From Thermodesulfobacteriota bacterium (GTDB lineage Bacteria; Desulfobacterota; Desulfobulbia; Desulfobulbales; SURF-16), in NCBI GenBank assembly GCA_039715015.1, contig JBDLIE010000015.1, positions 1 through 64,000 on the forward strand: a DNA stretch of 64,000 nt, read 5' to 3'. The position numbers were made by a program, and so were the translations under genes. Positions 50,936 through 61,579 of this stretch are shown piece by piece; the stretch's first letter is position 1; every line of letters starts with the position of its first letter. The notes under the pieces are model-generated. The model ran no database searches. It saw only the letters and a list, made by a program, of their open reading frames with translations, and was not told the origin of the DNA.

Positions 50936-51565
50936 CTACAGCTTTTCAGCAAGGACCTTTTTGAACATGGGCTCCACCGGGTAACCCAACTCCTCCGCTT
51001 TTTTCATGGATTTTTCAGCAGCCTTGTAGTCTTCGTTGTAAAACTGGGCAACAGCAAGGTTGTTGTGGGCCATGGGGTAATCGGGTTCGTTGTCTACACC
51101 TTTTTGGGCGGCAGACAATGCCTCGTCAAAGGCGCCGGCGCCGATCTTGGCGGCAGCAAGATTGATCCAGGCAAAGGCCAGTTTCGGGTCGTTCACCGTA
51201 GCCTTTGTGTATGAATCAATGGCCTTGTCATTTTCGCCACGTTGCTGGTGGATAAGGCCGATGTTGCAATGGGCTTGGGCCGGATTCACTGCATGGATGA
51301 GGGCCTTTTTGTTGGCCTCCAAGGATTCGTCAAGTTGGCCAATCTCAAAATAGAGGGCGCCAAGGTTGATATGGGCCTCGGCATTAGCCTCATCGATTGT
51401 AATGCATTTTTGGAGTTCGGCGATGGCGTCGTTATGACGCCCGGCCTTGTGATAAACCATGGCCAGATGGTGATGGGCCACAAAATTGCCTGGAAGTTCT
51501 TTGACTTTATCTTCCAGTTCAGCAATAACCTTACTCAAGTCTTCGGTAGGCTGGGTGTCGGACAT
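50936..51565 (-). CDS. TPR-repeat protein
   Basis: Repeated AHHHLA/AHINLG/AHCNIG/AWINLA/AHNNLA TPR units. Confidence 0.88.
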   Translation of the reverse strand: MSDTQPTEDLSKVIAELEDKVKELPGNFVAHHHLAMVYHKAGRHNDAIAELQKCITIDEANAEAHINLGALYFEIGQLDESLEANKKALIHAVNPAQAHCNIGLIHQQRGENDKAIDSYTKATVNDPKLAFAWINLAAAKIGAGAFDEALSAAQKGVDNEPDYPMAHNNLAVAQFYNEDYKAAEKSMKKAEELGYPVEPMFKKVLAEKL

Positions 51566-51802
51566 GGTAAACCTCTTAAAATAATTAAAATTAAACGGTC
51601 AAAAAGACCGGTATATTTGTACTTTTGAACACGTTACAATAAGCATGGTTATCTAAATTGCAAGGGCTAAATAATTACCATAGTACGCTTTGATTCGCTT
51701 AGAAAAGTTTAGCCGCTTTTTTATGAAACTTGACAGCAGAAGAGGGGCATGGAATGTATCTTCTTTAAGGTTTTTTCGTGTTTTAAAGGATAAGGAGAAG
51801 GA

Positions 51803-53173
51803 ATGAAAGGGATTGTTGTTGCCGGACTTGGCGGAGGCTCAGGAAAGAGTGTGATAGCCGTGGGTCTGGTTGCTCATTATGCCAAGCAAGGTCAACGAGT
51901 TCTGCCTTTTAAAAAGGGGCCTGATTACATTGATGCCGGTTGGCTGTCCTTGGCCAGTGGCCGCTCCTGCTTCAATCTCGATCCCTACCTCATGGATCGA
52001 AACGCCTTGGTGGACTCCTTCCAGTCCCGGGCCGCAGAGGGTGAAATCATTATTGTTGAAGGTAATCGCGGTCTCTATGATGGCGTGGATGCCCACGGCG
52101 GCTATTCAACGGCTGAGCTTGCCAAGCTCTTGAAGCTGCCGGTGCTCTTGGTGGTCGATTGTACCAAGACCACCCGTACTGTGGCGGCCCTGGTCTTGGG
52201 ATGTAAGAACCTTGACCCGGAGGTGGAGATCTGTGGCGTGGTGCTTAACCGCATCGGCAGCAGCCGCCATGAAAAGATCGTCCGGGAGGCTGTCGAGACC
52301 TATACCGGCATCCCGGTGCTGGGCGCCTATCGTCGTGCTAAAAAGGATATCTTCCCCATGCGCCATCTAGGCGTTACCCCTTTTCAGGAGTATGACGGAG
52401 CCGGCGAGGCCATTGATGAACTGGCCCACGGGGCCGCAGAGAACCTTGATATCGCCGCCATTGAAAGCCATATGGTGGAACTTGGCTTTGAGACCGGCAA
52501 GATAGCTTGTGGCAGAGCTTTAGAAGGCAAAAGGGTGAAGATTGGAGTGCTGCGTGATGCTGCCTTTCAGTTTTATTATCCAGAGAATTTACGGGCCCTG
52601 GAAGAGGAGGGCGCAGAGGTGGTTGAGGTTAATTCACTGACCAGCGGCAGGTTGCCTGGGGACTTGTCGGGTCTCTATATCGGTGGCGGCTTCCCGGAAA
52701 CAAGCGCCCGTCTCCTGGCTGAGAACGAAGGCTTCCGTGCTTCCGTCAAAGAGGCTGCCGAGGCAGGACTACCGATCTATGCTGAATGCGGCGGTCTCAT
52801 CTATCTAGGTGAGAAGATAACCCTGGACAATGAGGAATTCCCTCTGGTGGGCGTTTTCCCTGTCCATTTCACCCTGGCGCAACGACCCCAGGCCCATGGC
52901 TATACCGTCTTGAAGGCCCGCAGAAATAATCCTTTTTACCAAGAGAATGTTCAGATAAAGGGCCATGAATTTCGTTACAGCCGGGTGGCACATTGGCCGG
53001 GTAACCCGGCTGAACTTGGTCTGGATGTGGAAAGGGGGGTAGGTTTTATAGAAGGGGGCGACGGCCTGATTTATAAAAACGTCCTGGCCCTCTACACTCA
53101 CATCCACGCCGTGGCTACCCCGGAATGGGCCCCAGCTCTGATTGCCAAGGCACGGCAATACAAAAAAGCTTAA
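51803..53173 (+). CDS. dsrN: Cobyrinate a,c-diamide synthase-like siroheme amidase (DsrN/CbiA)
   Basis: GGSGKS, PFKKGPDYID, VEGNRGLYDG, YAECGG, GHEFRYS; near dsrABD. Confidence 0.85.
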   Translation: MKGIVVAGLGGGSGKSVIAVGLVAHYAKQGQRVLPFKKGPDYIDAGWLSLASGRSCFNLDPYLMDRNALVDSFQSRAAEGEIIIVEGNRGLYDGVDAHGGYSTAELAKLLKLPVLLVVDCTKTTRTVAALVLGCKNLDPEVEICGVVLNRIGSSRHEKIVREAVETYTGIPVLGAYRRAKKDIFPMRHLGVTPFQEYDGAGEAIDELAHGAAENLDIAAIESHMVELGFETGKIACGRALEGKRVKIGVLRDAAFQFYYPENLRALEEEGAEVVEVNSLTSGRLPGDLSGLYIGGGFPETSARLLAENEGFRASVKEAAEAGLPIYAECGGLIYLGEKITLDNEEFPLVGVFPVHFTLAQRPQAHGYTVLKARRNNPFYQENVQIKGHEFRYSRVAHWPGNPAELGLDVERGVGFIEGGDGLIYKNVLALYTHIHAVATPEWAPALIAKARQYKKA

Positions 53174-53532
53174 TGGACCGGCTGGCTGCCGATGACCTTA
53201 TTGTGGATCATCTCCTTGGTGGCGTCGTCCAGCTCTTTTTCCCAGTGGATGAACTGTTCCTTGACCCGGATAAAGGCGCCGCCGTCCCCCTTGCACTGGT
53301 CACAGATTGATTGGGCTTGATCGCGATACATGATGACCTTGGAGGCGGCTTCGCCCTTATCGTCCACAGCCGCCATCTTTCGACAGCCACATTCCATCCG
53401 GATCACCACCACGCCGACAGCGTCGGGACTGCCCTCCATAATGCCGGCAATCATGGCCATTTCGTTTTTTATGGTTACCTGACGATCTTCTTTGCCTGCG
53501 TTTTGTCGCTGCATTTTGCGTTTAATGCTCAT
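53170..53532 (-). CDS. Small hypothetical protein with CGC and CxxC motifs
   Basis: MECGCRKM..ICDQCK; stop overlaps the dsrN stop. Confidence 0.75.
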   Translation of the reverse strand: MSIKRKMQRQNAGKEDRQVTIKNEMAMIAGIMEGSPDAVGVVVIRMECGCRKMAAVDDKGEAASKVIMYRDQAQSICDQCKGDGGAFIRVKEQFIHWEKELDDATKEMIHNKVIGSQPVH

Positions 53533-53910
53533 GTGGCACCATTTTTTACTGGTTATCTGGTATGGGAAAGGAAGTGGCCGATAGGTATTGTCCATCCTCT
53601 GAAAATAATTTGAACAAAACGTAAATGATCGAGGTCTTTCGGTCAACTGCTAAGGGTTGAAAAGCAATGTTTTTGACGCTCTTAACGGCGGCTCGAAAGG
53701 GCCAGCGGTGGTAAGCAAAAAACCTTGTTCACCGAGGAGGTTTTAATGCCAACATTCTTGTTGACAAAATGATGGCTTTGCTTTATCTCGTTTTTATTGA
53801 TTTTTCTTGTAATTGCTTTCTTGAAAGGATCAAAAACATCTTAAGTGGTGACTATTATTGATGGGTATATCGCCCATTAACTTTTTTCTCTTATTTTAGG
53901 AGGTTGTACT

Positions 53911-54096
53911 ATGTGGCAGATTGATATTGATAACGACAAATGTACCGGCGACGAAGAATGTGTAAACGCTTGCCCTGCTTCCGTACTGGAAATGGAAGAC
54001 GGTCATGCCGTTGTTGCTGAGCCTGACGAGTGTCTTGGTTGCGAGACCTGCGTTGAGGTTTGTCCTGAAGGTGCCATCACTGTAACTGAGGTTTAA
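53911..54096 (+). CDS. Dicluster ferredoxin (CxxDxxC plus CxxCxxC)
   Basis: CTGDEECVNACP and CLGCETCVEVCP; AGGAGG RBS. Confidence 0.93.
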   Translation: MWQIDIDNDKCTGDEECVNACPASVLEMEDGHAVVAEPDECLGCETCVEVCPEGAITVTEV

Positions 54097-54130
54097 TCTG
54101 AGTTATTGGCCCCAGGAAACTGGACACAAG

Positions 54131-54166
54131 ATAAGGCCTGTCTCCTTTTGGGGACAGGCCTTATTT
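54131..54166 (+). terminator. Intrinsic terminator after the ferredoxin
   Basis: ATAAGGCCTGTCTCC..GGGGACAGGCCTTAT followed by T-rich sequence. Confidence 0.75.
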
Positions 54167-54242
54167 GTTTGGAGAGATCAGGTGCGAAGGTGAACGAGGC
54201 CTGCCTGGTCAGGAGACAAGATTGTTGGCGATAGAGGAACGG

Positions 54243-54656
54243 ATGGGAGCAAAGATGCAGCCGCAGACCCTTCTTTTTCTGGCTGGATTGATCTGGCTGG
54301 TCGTGGGCGTATCTTTGGTGTTTAAAGGTGGCCAGATCATGGCCTGGAAGCCTTCCTGGCTTGCTGTTGCCTTTGTTGTCGGCACGGTAAAGGCCTATTT
54401 CATCCTTGATAAGATTGCCCGCCGCAATGTTCTGCGCCTTCAAAATTATGAAGAACCCCTTTTTATTGGCCGTATGTATGTCGGACGAACCTGGGCTATT
54501 ATTGTAGTGATGATTGTTCTTGGCCGTGTCTTGCGTATGCAGGGGGTGGCCCCGCAATTATCGGGCTTTTTTTCCTTGGCTGTGGGCTGGGGTCTCTTTA
54601 TGTCCAGCCGCCTCTTATGGCAGGGCTGGCTTAACGGCCGAAAAGAGGAAGTATGA
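54243..54656 (+). CDS. Hypothetical membrane protein
   Basis: About 4 TM segments; 4-bp overlap with alr. Confidence 0.75.
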   Translation: MGAKMQPQTLLFLAGLIWLVVGVSLVFKGGQIMAWKPSWLAVAFVVGTVKAYFILDKIARRNVLRLQNYEEPLFIGRMYVGRTWAIIVVMIVLGRVLRMQGVAPQLSGFFSLAVGWGLFMSSRLLWQGWLNGRKEEV

Positions 54657-55759
54657 ATGTCGTCCGCATAGATCGCGAAGCTCTTCGCCGTAATTACCAG
54701 GCCATAAAGGCCCAGGTGGGCAGCCAGGCCCAGGTGATGGCGATGATCAAGGCAGACGGTTATGGCCACGGCATGGTGGAAATGGCCACTGTCCTGCAGG
54801 CCGCCGGAGTTCGCCATTTTGGCATTGCTACGGTGGAGCAGGGTATTGCCCTGCGTCAGGCCGGGATTAACGCCGCCTTGATCGTTCTTCTTGGCGGCAC
54901 GGCTTCTGAGGTTGAGGCCATGCACACCTACAGCTTAGAGCCGGTGATTTTTGATAGCGCCCAATTCACCGAGTTCAGCGAGGCTGCTGGTAAGTTGTCG
55001 GGCCAATTGCCGGTGCATCTCAAGGTTGATTGCGGTATGGGCCGCCTGGGCTTTAAGCCGGAAGATACCTTTGCCTGGAGTGAGAAAATTCAGGCAACAG
55101 CAGGACTTGAACTGGTCGGCATCATGAGTCATTTCCCCTCCGCCGATGGCGACCTGGAGCTCACCCGCCAGCAACATGAGATTTTTAGCCGTTGTGTGGA
55201 AACAGCCCGGACAAGCAGTGCCAAAATCAAGGCCCATATTGCCAATTCCGCCGCCACCTTGCGGGGGCGGGATTTCTATGGGGACCTGGTGCGGCCCGGT
55301 TTGGCTATCTATGGTTGTTATCCTTCGGCTGATCCGCAGTGGAAGCGGACCCCGCTGCTGCCGGTGATGACTGTTGCCTCAACCGTTGTTCAGGTGGAAG
55401 ATGTTCCTGTTGATAAAGGGATCAGTTATGGTCATGTTGATACGACCAAACGTCCCAGTCGGCTGGCCATCCTGCCCATTGGCTATGCAGACGGTTTTTT
55501 GCGCAGCCTCTCCAGTGGCGTTGGTCAGGTTCTTATTCGTGGCCAGCGGGCCCCTGTTATTGGCCGGGTCTGCATGAATGTCACCGTGGTTGATGTAACC
55601 GATATCCCAGATGTCCGTCGCGGTGATGAGGTTATCATCATGGGGCGGCAGGGCAATGAACAGATCACCGCTGATGAAATGGCTGCCTGGATGGGAACCA
55701 TCAGCTATGAGGTCCTCTGTCTGCTCGGCAACAATATCCAGCGGCACTATATTAATTAA
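54653..55759 (+). CDS. alr: Alanine racemase
   Basis: IKADGYGHG, HLKVDCGMGRLG, ISYG, GRVCMN, GTISYE. Confidence 0.95.
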   Translation: MNVVRIDREALRRNYQAIKAQVGSQAQVMAMIKADGYGHGMVEMATVLQAAGVRHFGIATVEQGIALRQAGINAALIVLLGGTASEVEAMHTYSLEPVIFDSAQFTEFSEAAGKLSGQLPVHLKVDCGMGRLGFKPEDTFAWSEKIQATAGLELVGIMSHFPSADGDLELTRQQHEIFSRCVETARTSSAKIKAHIANSAATLRGRDFYGDLVRPGLAIYGCYPSADPQWKRTPLLPVMTVASTVVQVEDVPVDKGISYGHVDTTKRPSRLAILPIGYADGFLRSLSSGVGQVLIRGQRAPVIGRVCMNVTVVDVTDIPDVRRGDEVIIMGRQGNEQITADEMAAWMGTISYEVLCLLGNNIQRHYIN

Positions 55760-55846
55760 TGCCGTCCATAAATGACACATTTATGGACAGGCAGAAGTTG
55801 GAAGATTGGCTACAGAAATTAGAAATTGGAATTTTATGATACAGCT

Positions 55847-55916
55847 CCCTCACTTCCCTCCCCCAAGAATGGGAGATAGGCGAACGAAGAGAGACTTCGG
55901 AGGGTTAGGGTGAGGG
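55847..55916. repeat. CCCTC-type REP with a 45-bp arm shared with 62920-62964
   Basis: Reverse complement of 55871-55915 matches 62920-62964 with 3 mismatches. Confidence 0.8.
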
Positions 55917-55945
55917 CTGAAGTCAATGCTACGTACTAGGAAGAA

Positions 55946-57625
55946 ATGATTAAATCACAATTGAAAGAGTGGCTTGATAGCTGTTTTGCCCAAGGCATCG
56001 AGCTGGGATACTGGTCAGATGCGGCCACTGGTAGCTTCGTGGTTGAAGAGCCGAAACACGAGGGCCAGGGCGACTATGCCACCAATGCCGCCATGATTAT
56101 TGCCGGCAAGGAAAAGAAGGCCACTGGTAAAAAGGTCAACCCCCGCGCCCTTGCTGAACAGTTTGTCGAGCTCCTTGCTGCCAACGATACCCTGCTTGCC
56201 AAGGTGGAGATCGCTGGTCCCGGCTTTATTAATTTCTTCCTCAATGAGTCGGTATGGGCCCAGGTGGTACCCGTGGTCCACGCTGAAGAGAGCCTCTTTG
56301 GCCTGGCCCGTGAGAAAAAGGGCCAAAAGGTGTTGGTGGAGTTTGTCAGCGCCAATCCCACCGGTCCGCTCTCCATAGGCCATGGCCGTCAGGCCGTACT
56401 CGGCGACTCCATTGCCCGTCTCCTTGCTGCCGTGGGTTATGAGGTGGAACGAGAATATTATTACAATGATGCCGGGCGCCAAATGCGGGTGCTTGGCGGT
56501 TCCACCCAGGCCCGCTATTTAGAGTTGCTGGGTCTTCCCTTTACCTTCCCTGATGATGGCTACCAGGGCGATTATATCCGTGAGATCGCCCAAGGCCTTA
56601 TAGACGAAGCCGGTGATTCCCATAAGGACGAGACAGGCATCGAGGTCTTTAAGGTGGCCGCTGAAAAGGCGGTTTTTGCCAATATAAATCAGACGCTGGA
56701 GAGGATGGGGATCATTTTTGATTCCTATTTTAACGAACATACCCTCTATGATGAGGGGCATATTGATGATGTGGTCAGCCAGTTGCGCGACAAAGGCCTG
56801 GTCTACGAAAAGGACAATGCCACCTGGTTTAAGACCAGTGAGTGTGGCCAGGAGCAGGACCGGGTTATTATCAAGTCCAGTGGTGAACCCACCTATCGCT
56901 TGCCCGATATAGCTTATCACCGAGAGAAGTTTAAGCGCGGCTATGACTGGATGGTCGATGTTTTCGGCGCCGACCATATTGCCACGGTGCCCGATGTCAT
57001 GTCCGGCGTTGAGGCCCTGGGCTACGATAAATCAAAGGTTACCGTGGTCCTTCATCAGTTTGTGACGCTTATGCGCGAGGGCAAGCAGGTGAAGATGTCC
57101 ACCCGCAAGGCGACCTTTGTTACCATTGATGAGCTCATTGACGAGGTGGGCATTGATGCGGTTCGCTTCTTCTTCCTTATGCGTAAGGCCGACAGCCAGC
57201 TGGAATTTGATCTTGATCTCGCCGCCAAAGAGGGCAAGGAAAATCCGGTTTTTTATGTCCAATATGGTCATGCCAGAATTTCATCCATCCTCAAGAAATG
57301 TGGCGAAAAAGGCGTGGACTTAGGCAAGCTTGCAGATGCTGATTTGAGCCTCCTTAACCTGCCTGATGAGTTGAAAATGATGAAAACCATGGCGGCCTTT
57401 CCCGCCTTGGTCAATGATGCGGCCCATGATCTTGCCCCCCACCGTATCGTTCCCTACCTGCAGGAGCTGGCCGGACTTTTTCATCGTTATTACCATGACC
57501 ATCGTGTTGTTGACCCGGACAAGCAAGAGCTGTCCCAGGCCCGTCTCTGGCTGGTGGCCAGTTTGTGCATCGTGTTGCGCAACGGGCTGCAGCTTATCGG
57601 GGTCACGGCACCGGAATCAATGTAG
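55946..57625 (+). CDS. argS: Arginine--tRNA ligase
   Basis: EFVSANPTGPLSIGH, GADH, KMSTR, NPVFYVQYGHAR, APESM end. Confidence 0.97.
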   Translation: MIKSQLKEWLDSCFAQGIELGYWSDAATGSFVVEEPKHEGQGDYATNAAMIIAGKEKKATGKKVNPRALAEQFVELLAANDTLLAKVEIAGPGFINFFLNESVWAQVVPVVHAEESLFGLAREKKGQKVLVEFVSANPTGPLSIGHGRQAVLGDSIARLLAAVGYEVEREYYYNDAGRQMRVLGGSTQARYLELLGLPFTFPDDGYQGDYIREIAQGLIDEAGDSHKDETGIEVFKVAAEKAVFANINQTLERMGIIFDSYFNEHTLYDEGHIDDVVSQLRDKGLVYEKDNATWFKTSECGQEQDRVIIKSSGEPTYRLPDIAYHREKFKRGYDWMVDVFGADHIATVPDVMSGVEALGYDKSKVTVVLHQFVTLMREGKQVKMSTRKATFVTIDELIDEVGIDAVRFFFLMRKADSQLEFDLDLAAKEGKENPVFYVQYGHARISSILKKCGEKGVDLGKLADADLSLLNLPDELKMMKTMAAFPALVNDAAHDLAPHRIVPYLQELAGLFHRYYHDHRVVDPDKQELSQARLWLVASLCIVLRNGLQLIGVTAPESM

Positions 57626-57638
57626 GGCGTCTTAAGAA

Positions 57639-58193
57639 ATGGCCAAAAAACGCAGAGCCAGAAAGAAGAAATTTACCGTCCGCTTTGAGCTTGGGCTGAG
57701 AGGACTTGTCGGTCTTGCCATTATCAGCTTTTGCGTTTTTTTGTGGATGTTTCTTCTTGGCGTCTGGGCCGGCCAAACAGTGTTGTTGCCCTCTGACAAG
57801 GGAGATACCAGCCGGGCCATAAGTCGTTTTTCGTCAAAGATATGGTCCCAGGGCCAAGAGGCGACGAACCGGCAGAAGAAGGCGTTTGAATCAAGATCTG
57901 CCGCGCGGAAGAGCACGGCCAACCAGAATAGTGATGAGGAGGAGGCTTCCTATTTCACCCTGCAGGTGGCCGCCTATGACAGTGATGATGATGCCCGCCA
58001 GGAGGTCCTCGACTGGCAAGCGCGAGGCGAGGATTCTTTTTTCCTGAAGCCCCAGGAAGGATACAGTCTTTTTCGTGTTTTTTTAGGGAGATATGATACT
58101 CTTGCCGCTGCAAACGAGAAGGTGGATCAGCTCGAAGAGGCGGAGAACCTGCAGGCCTTTATTACCCTGCTGCCTGTTGCCGAGCACCAGTAA
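57639..58193 (+). CDS. SPOR-domain membrane protein
   Basis: N-terminal TM segment; FTLQVAAY..FRVFLGRY; follows argS. Confidence 0.85.
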   Translation: MAKKRRARKKKFTVRFELGLRGLVGLAIISFCVFLWMFLLGVWAGQTVLLPSDKGDTSRAISRFSSKIWSQGQEATNRQKKAFESRSAARKSTANQNSDEEEASYFTLQVAAYDSDDDARQEVLDWQARGEDSFFLKPQEGYSLFRVFLGRYDTLAAANEKVDQLEEAENLQAFITLLPVAEHQ

Positions 58194-58237
58194 GGCCCGG
58201 CAATGGGGGGAGCTCATTTTTTTAGGGGATAGATGAC

Positions 58238-58696
58238 GTGATATTACGTAAAGCAACCATGACAGATGTGAAGGGCATTTATGAGTTGCTGCACCAGTTT
58301 GCCGATAAAGGCCTGCTCTTAGGGCGCTCGTACAGCTCCCTTTACGATCAGCTCCGTGATTTTCAGGTTGCCCTGAGCGATGATGGCCATAAGCTGCTTG
58401 GTGTCTGTGCCCTGCATGTCAGCTGGGAGAATCTGGCTGAAATCAGGTCGCTGGCCGTGGTTGAAGATGCGCAGGGCAAAGGCTTGGGAAGTAGCCTGGT
58501 GAAAAGTTGTCTGGAGGAGGCGCAGTCTTTCGGAATCAGTAAGGTTTTTACCCTCACCTATCAGCCTCGTTTTTTTAGCCGCCTCGGCTTTCAGCCCATA
58601 GACAAGGGCGAGTTGCCCCATAAGGTTTGGAGTGACTGCGTCAATTGTCCCAAATTTCCGGATTGCAACGAAGAGGCCATGGTCTGGCAGGGCTAA
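58238..58696 (+). CDS. GNAT acetyltransferase (short ArgA-like N-acetylglutamate synthase)
   Basis: LAEIRSLAV..QGKGLG..FTLTY..LPHKVWSDCVNCPKFPDCNE. Confidence 0.85.
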   Translation: MILRKATMTDVKGIYELLHQFADKGLLLGRSYSSLYDQLRDFQVALSDDGHKLLGVCALHVSWENLAEIRSLAVVEDAQGKGLGSSLVKSCLEEAQSFGISKVFTLTYQPRFFSRLGFQPIDKGELPHKVWSDCVNCPKFPDCNEEAMVWQG

Positions 58697-58879
58697 ACGC
58701 AGAAATCAGAATTTAGGAGTCAGTGGTCAGCAGGATGAATGAGTGGTATATTCGTTTTCTTACCACCAGTTAGATTACTTTAATAAGGGTGAGTGGATTG
58801 TGGCGCCGGAATGGCGGCTATACTCTGAGAGAGACCGCTTACCTCTTCTTTTTGTCCGCTTACAGGAGCAGGAGTATAT

Positions 58880-61420
58880 ATGTTAGGCAAGGCGCTAACC
58901 AAGGTTTTTGGCAGTAAGAATGAAAGGGTACTCAAGGCTCTCGAGCCTGTGGTTGCAAAGATCAATGGCCTGGAACCTGCCATGCAGGAGCTTGCCGATG
59001 ACGAGCTCATCGCCAAGACCACCGAATTTCGTAATCGCCTCACTGGTGGCGAGTCCCTGGATGACCTTCTGGTCGAGGCCTTTGCCGTGGTGCGGGAAGC
59101 CTCGGTACGGGTCACCGGTATGCGTCATTTTGATGTTCAGCTCATGGGAGGTGTTGTCCTCTATCAGGGCAAGATCGCCGAGATGAAAACCGGTGAGGGT
59201 AAGACCCTGGCCGCTACTCTGCCTGTGTATCTTAATGCCTTGGCCGGCAAAGGCGCCCACGTGGTCACGGTCAATGATTATCTTGCCAAGCGCGATGCTG
59301 CTGAAATGGGCGAGATCTATAGTTTCTTAGGGCTGACCACCGGTTGTATCCTCCATGAGCTTGACGATCAGGAGAGGAAAGATGCCTACGCCTGTGACAT
59401 TACTTACGGCACCAACAACGAGTTCGGCTTTGATTATCTGCGCGATAATATGAAGTTTAGTCCGGATGAGTTCTGTCAGCGCGACTTCTTCTTTGCCATT
59501 GTCGATGAGGTGGACTCCATCCTCATTGATGAGGCGCGGACGCCGCTGATTATCTCCGGCCCTGCTGAAATGTCCATTGAACTCTATGAGACGGTTAACC
59601 GCCTCATGTCCCAGTTTAAAAAAGATGTTCATTATACGGTGGATGAGAAGGCCCGCACCCTGGCCCTCACCGAGGAGGGCGTGAGCCAGGGCGAGAAACT
59701 GCTCAAGGTGGATAATCTCTACGATCCCCAGAGTATCGAGGCCCTGCATCATCTCAATCAGGCCCTGAAGGCCCATGCCCTTTTTACCCGCGATGTTGAT
59801 TATCTGGTCCGCGATGGTCAGGTGATGATCGTCGATGAGTTTACCGGCCGGGTGATGCCGGGCCGCCGTTATAGTGACGGTCTCCACCAGGCCCTGGAGG
59901 CCAAGGAAGGGGTGAAGATTGAGCAGGAGAACCAGACCCTGGCCTCTGTCACCTTCCAGAATTTTTTCCGCATGTACGACAAGCTGGGCGGCATGACCGG
60001 TACAGCAGACACCGAGGCCGCAGAATTTAAGAAGATCTATGACCTTGACGTGGTCATCGTGCCCACCCACCGGGACATGATCCGTGCTGATTACGCCGAT
60101 GTTATCTATAAGAACGCCAAGGCCAAGTATCGGGCCATTGCCCAGGAAATCAAGGACCTCCACACCAAGGGCCAACCGGTGCTGGTGGGTACCATCAATA
60201 TTGAGATCTCCGAGCTCATCTCCAAGATGCTCGAAAAGGACAAGATCCCCCATTCAGTACTCAATGCCAAACACCATGAAAAAGAGGCTGAAATCATCGC
60301 CGAGGCCGGCCAGCTGGGCAGGGTCACCATTGCCACCAATATGGCGGGCCGTGGTACGGATATCAAGCTGGGCGAAGGCGTGGTGGAAGCAGGCGGCCTC
60401 CATATTCTTGGTACTGGCCGCCATGAGTCGCGGCGTATTGACAACCAGCTCCGCGGTCGTTCCGGCCGTCAGGGCGATCCAGGATCGTCCCGTTTTTACC
60501 TCTCCCTGGAGGATGATCTGTTGCGTATCTTTGGTTCCGACCGCATTGCCGGCATTATGGATAAGCTGGGCATGGAGGAGGATGAGCCCATTGAGCATTC
60601 CATGATCAGCAAGGCCATTGAGAATGCCCAGCGTAAGGTCGAGGGCCATAACTTTGATATTCGTAAGCACCTTCTTGAGTATGATGATGTCATGAATATG
60701 CAGAGGAAGGTGATCTACAAGCAGCGCCGCGATGTTCTAGGCCGTGATAGTCTCAAGGAGATTGTCATTGATATGGTCCATGACCTGGTGGAAGATGTCA
60801 GCCTCAACAGCTGCCAGGATAAATTGCCCTCCGAGGATTGGGATTGGCACCATATTTCAGAGCAGGTTGTGGCCACCTTTGGCCTGCCCCTGGAGTGGGA
60901 GCAAAACGACAGGGCAGATCTCTCCCCGGATGGTTTTGAAGACCAGCTCCTCGCCATGATTACCGGCGCCTATGAGGCCAAGGAGGTGGAGCTTGGCGAT
61001 GAGCATATGCGCTATTTGGAACGCGTGGTTCTCCTGCAGATGGTGGATAATCACTGGAAGGACCATCTCCTTGGCATGGATCATCTCCGCCAGGGTATCG
61101 GTCTGCGCGGCTATGGCCAGAAAAACCCCCTTGATGAGTATAAGAGGGAAGGTTTTGATATGTTCACCAGTATGATCGAAACGGTGAAGGTGCAGACTAT
61201 TTCCACCCTGCTCCGCATCCAGCTTGCCTCTGAGTCTGATATGGAGGAAATGGAGGCCCGTCAGCGCGCCAAGCAGGAGGAGCAGCTGGCCCGCAGCCAT
61301 GCTGGCGGCCCGGATGATAAACAGCAGCCCAGCCAGCGCCAGGGTAACAAGGTGGGCCGCAATGCCCCCTGTCCCTGCGGCAGCGGCAAGAAATACAAGC
61401 GGTGTTGCGGCAAGAAATAG
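58880..61420 (+). CDS. secA: Preprotein translocase subunit SecA
   Basis: [51 protein letters not shown]. Confidence 0.98.
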   Translation: MLGKALTKVFGSKNERVLKALEPVVAKINGLEPAMQELADDELIAKTTEFRNRLTGGESLDDLLVEAFAVVREASVRVTGMRHFDVQLMGGVVLYQGKIAEMKTGEGKTLAATLPVYLNALAGKGAHVVTVNDYLAKRDAAEMGEIYSFLGLTTGCILHELDDQERKDAYACDITYGTNNEFGFDYLRDNMKFSPDEFCQRDFFFAIVDEVDSILIDEARTPLIISGPAEMSIELYETVNRLMSQFKKDVHYTVDEKARTLALTEEGVSQGEKLLKVDNLYDPQSIEALHHLNQALKAHALFTRDVDYLVRDGQVMIVDEFTGRVMPGRRYSDGLHQALEAKEGVKIEQENQTLASVTFQNFFRMYDKLGGMTGTADTEAAEFKKIYDLDVVIVPTHRDMIRADYADVIYKNAKAKYRAIAQEIKDLHTKGQPVLVGTINIEISELISKMLEKDKIPHSVLNAKHHEKEAEIIAEAGQLGRVTIATNMAGRGTDIKLGEGVVEAGGLHILGTGRHESRRIDNQLRGRSGRQGDPGSSRFYLSLEDDLLRIFGSDRIAGIMDKLGMEEDEPIEHSMISKAIENAQRKVEGHNFDIRKHLLEYDDVMNMQRKVIYKQRRDVLGRDSLKEIVIDMVHDLVEDVSLNSCQDKLPSEDWDWHHISEQVVATFGLPLEWEQNDRADLSPDGFEDQLLAMITGAYEAKEVELGDEHMRYLERVVLLQMVDNHWKDHLLGMDHLRQGIGLRGYGQKNPLDEYKREGFDMFTSMIETVKVQTISTLLRIQLASESDMEEMEARQRAKQEEQLARSHAGGPDDKQQPSQRQGNKVGRNAPCPCGSGKKYKRCCGKK

Positions 61421-61507
61421 GAAGAGGGGGGCAGGGCTCCATTGGAGAGGGTGTAAATTTCTCCAGGCCCTTTCTCGATCATATGCTTGATTAATTTTCA
61501 AGAATCG

Positions 61508-61542
61508 AAAAAAGGTGTAAAGTTCTTCTTTGCACCTTTTTT
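61508..61542 (+). terminator. Intrinsic terminator after secA
   Basis: AAAAAAGGTGTAAAG..CTTTGCACCTTTTTT. Confidence 0.7.
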
Positions 61543-61579
61543 TGTTTGTTGGCCGAATAATTTTTTCCTCAAAAAAGTC

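Noticed and set aside
53684..53720. GGCTC-GAAA-GGGCC hairpin as a possible c-di-GMP-I riboswitch
   Set aside because: The flanking conserved riboswitch motifs and a second hairpin with a tetraloop receptor are not evident.
58698..58740. Short 7-nt periodic purine-rich repeats (also near 55794, 43850 and 45318) as CRISPR or tandem arrays
   Set aside because: Too short and degenerate, with no repeat-spacer structure and no cas genes.
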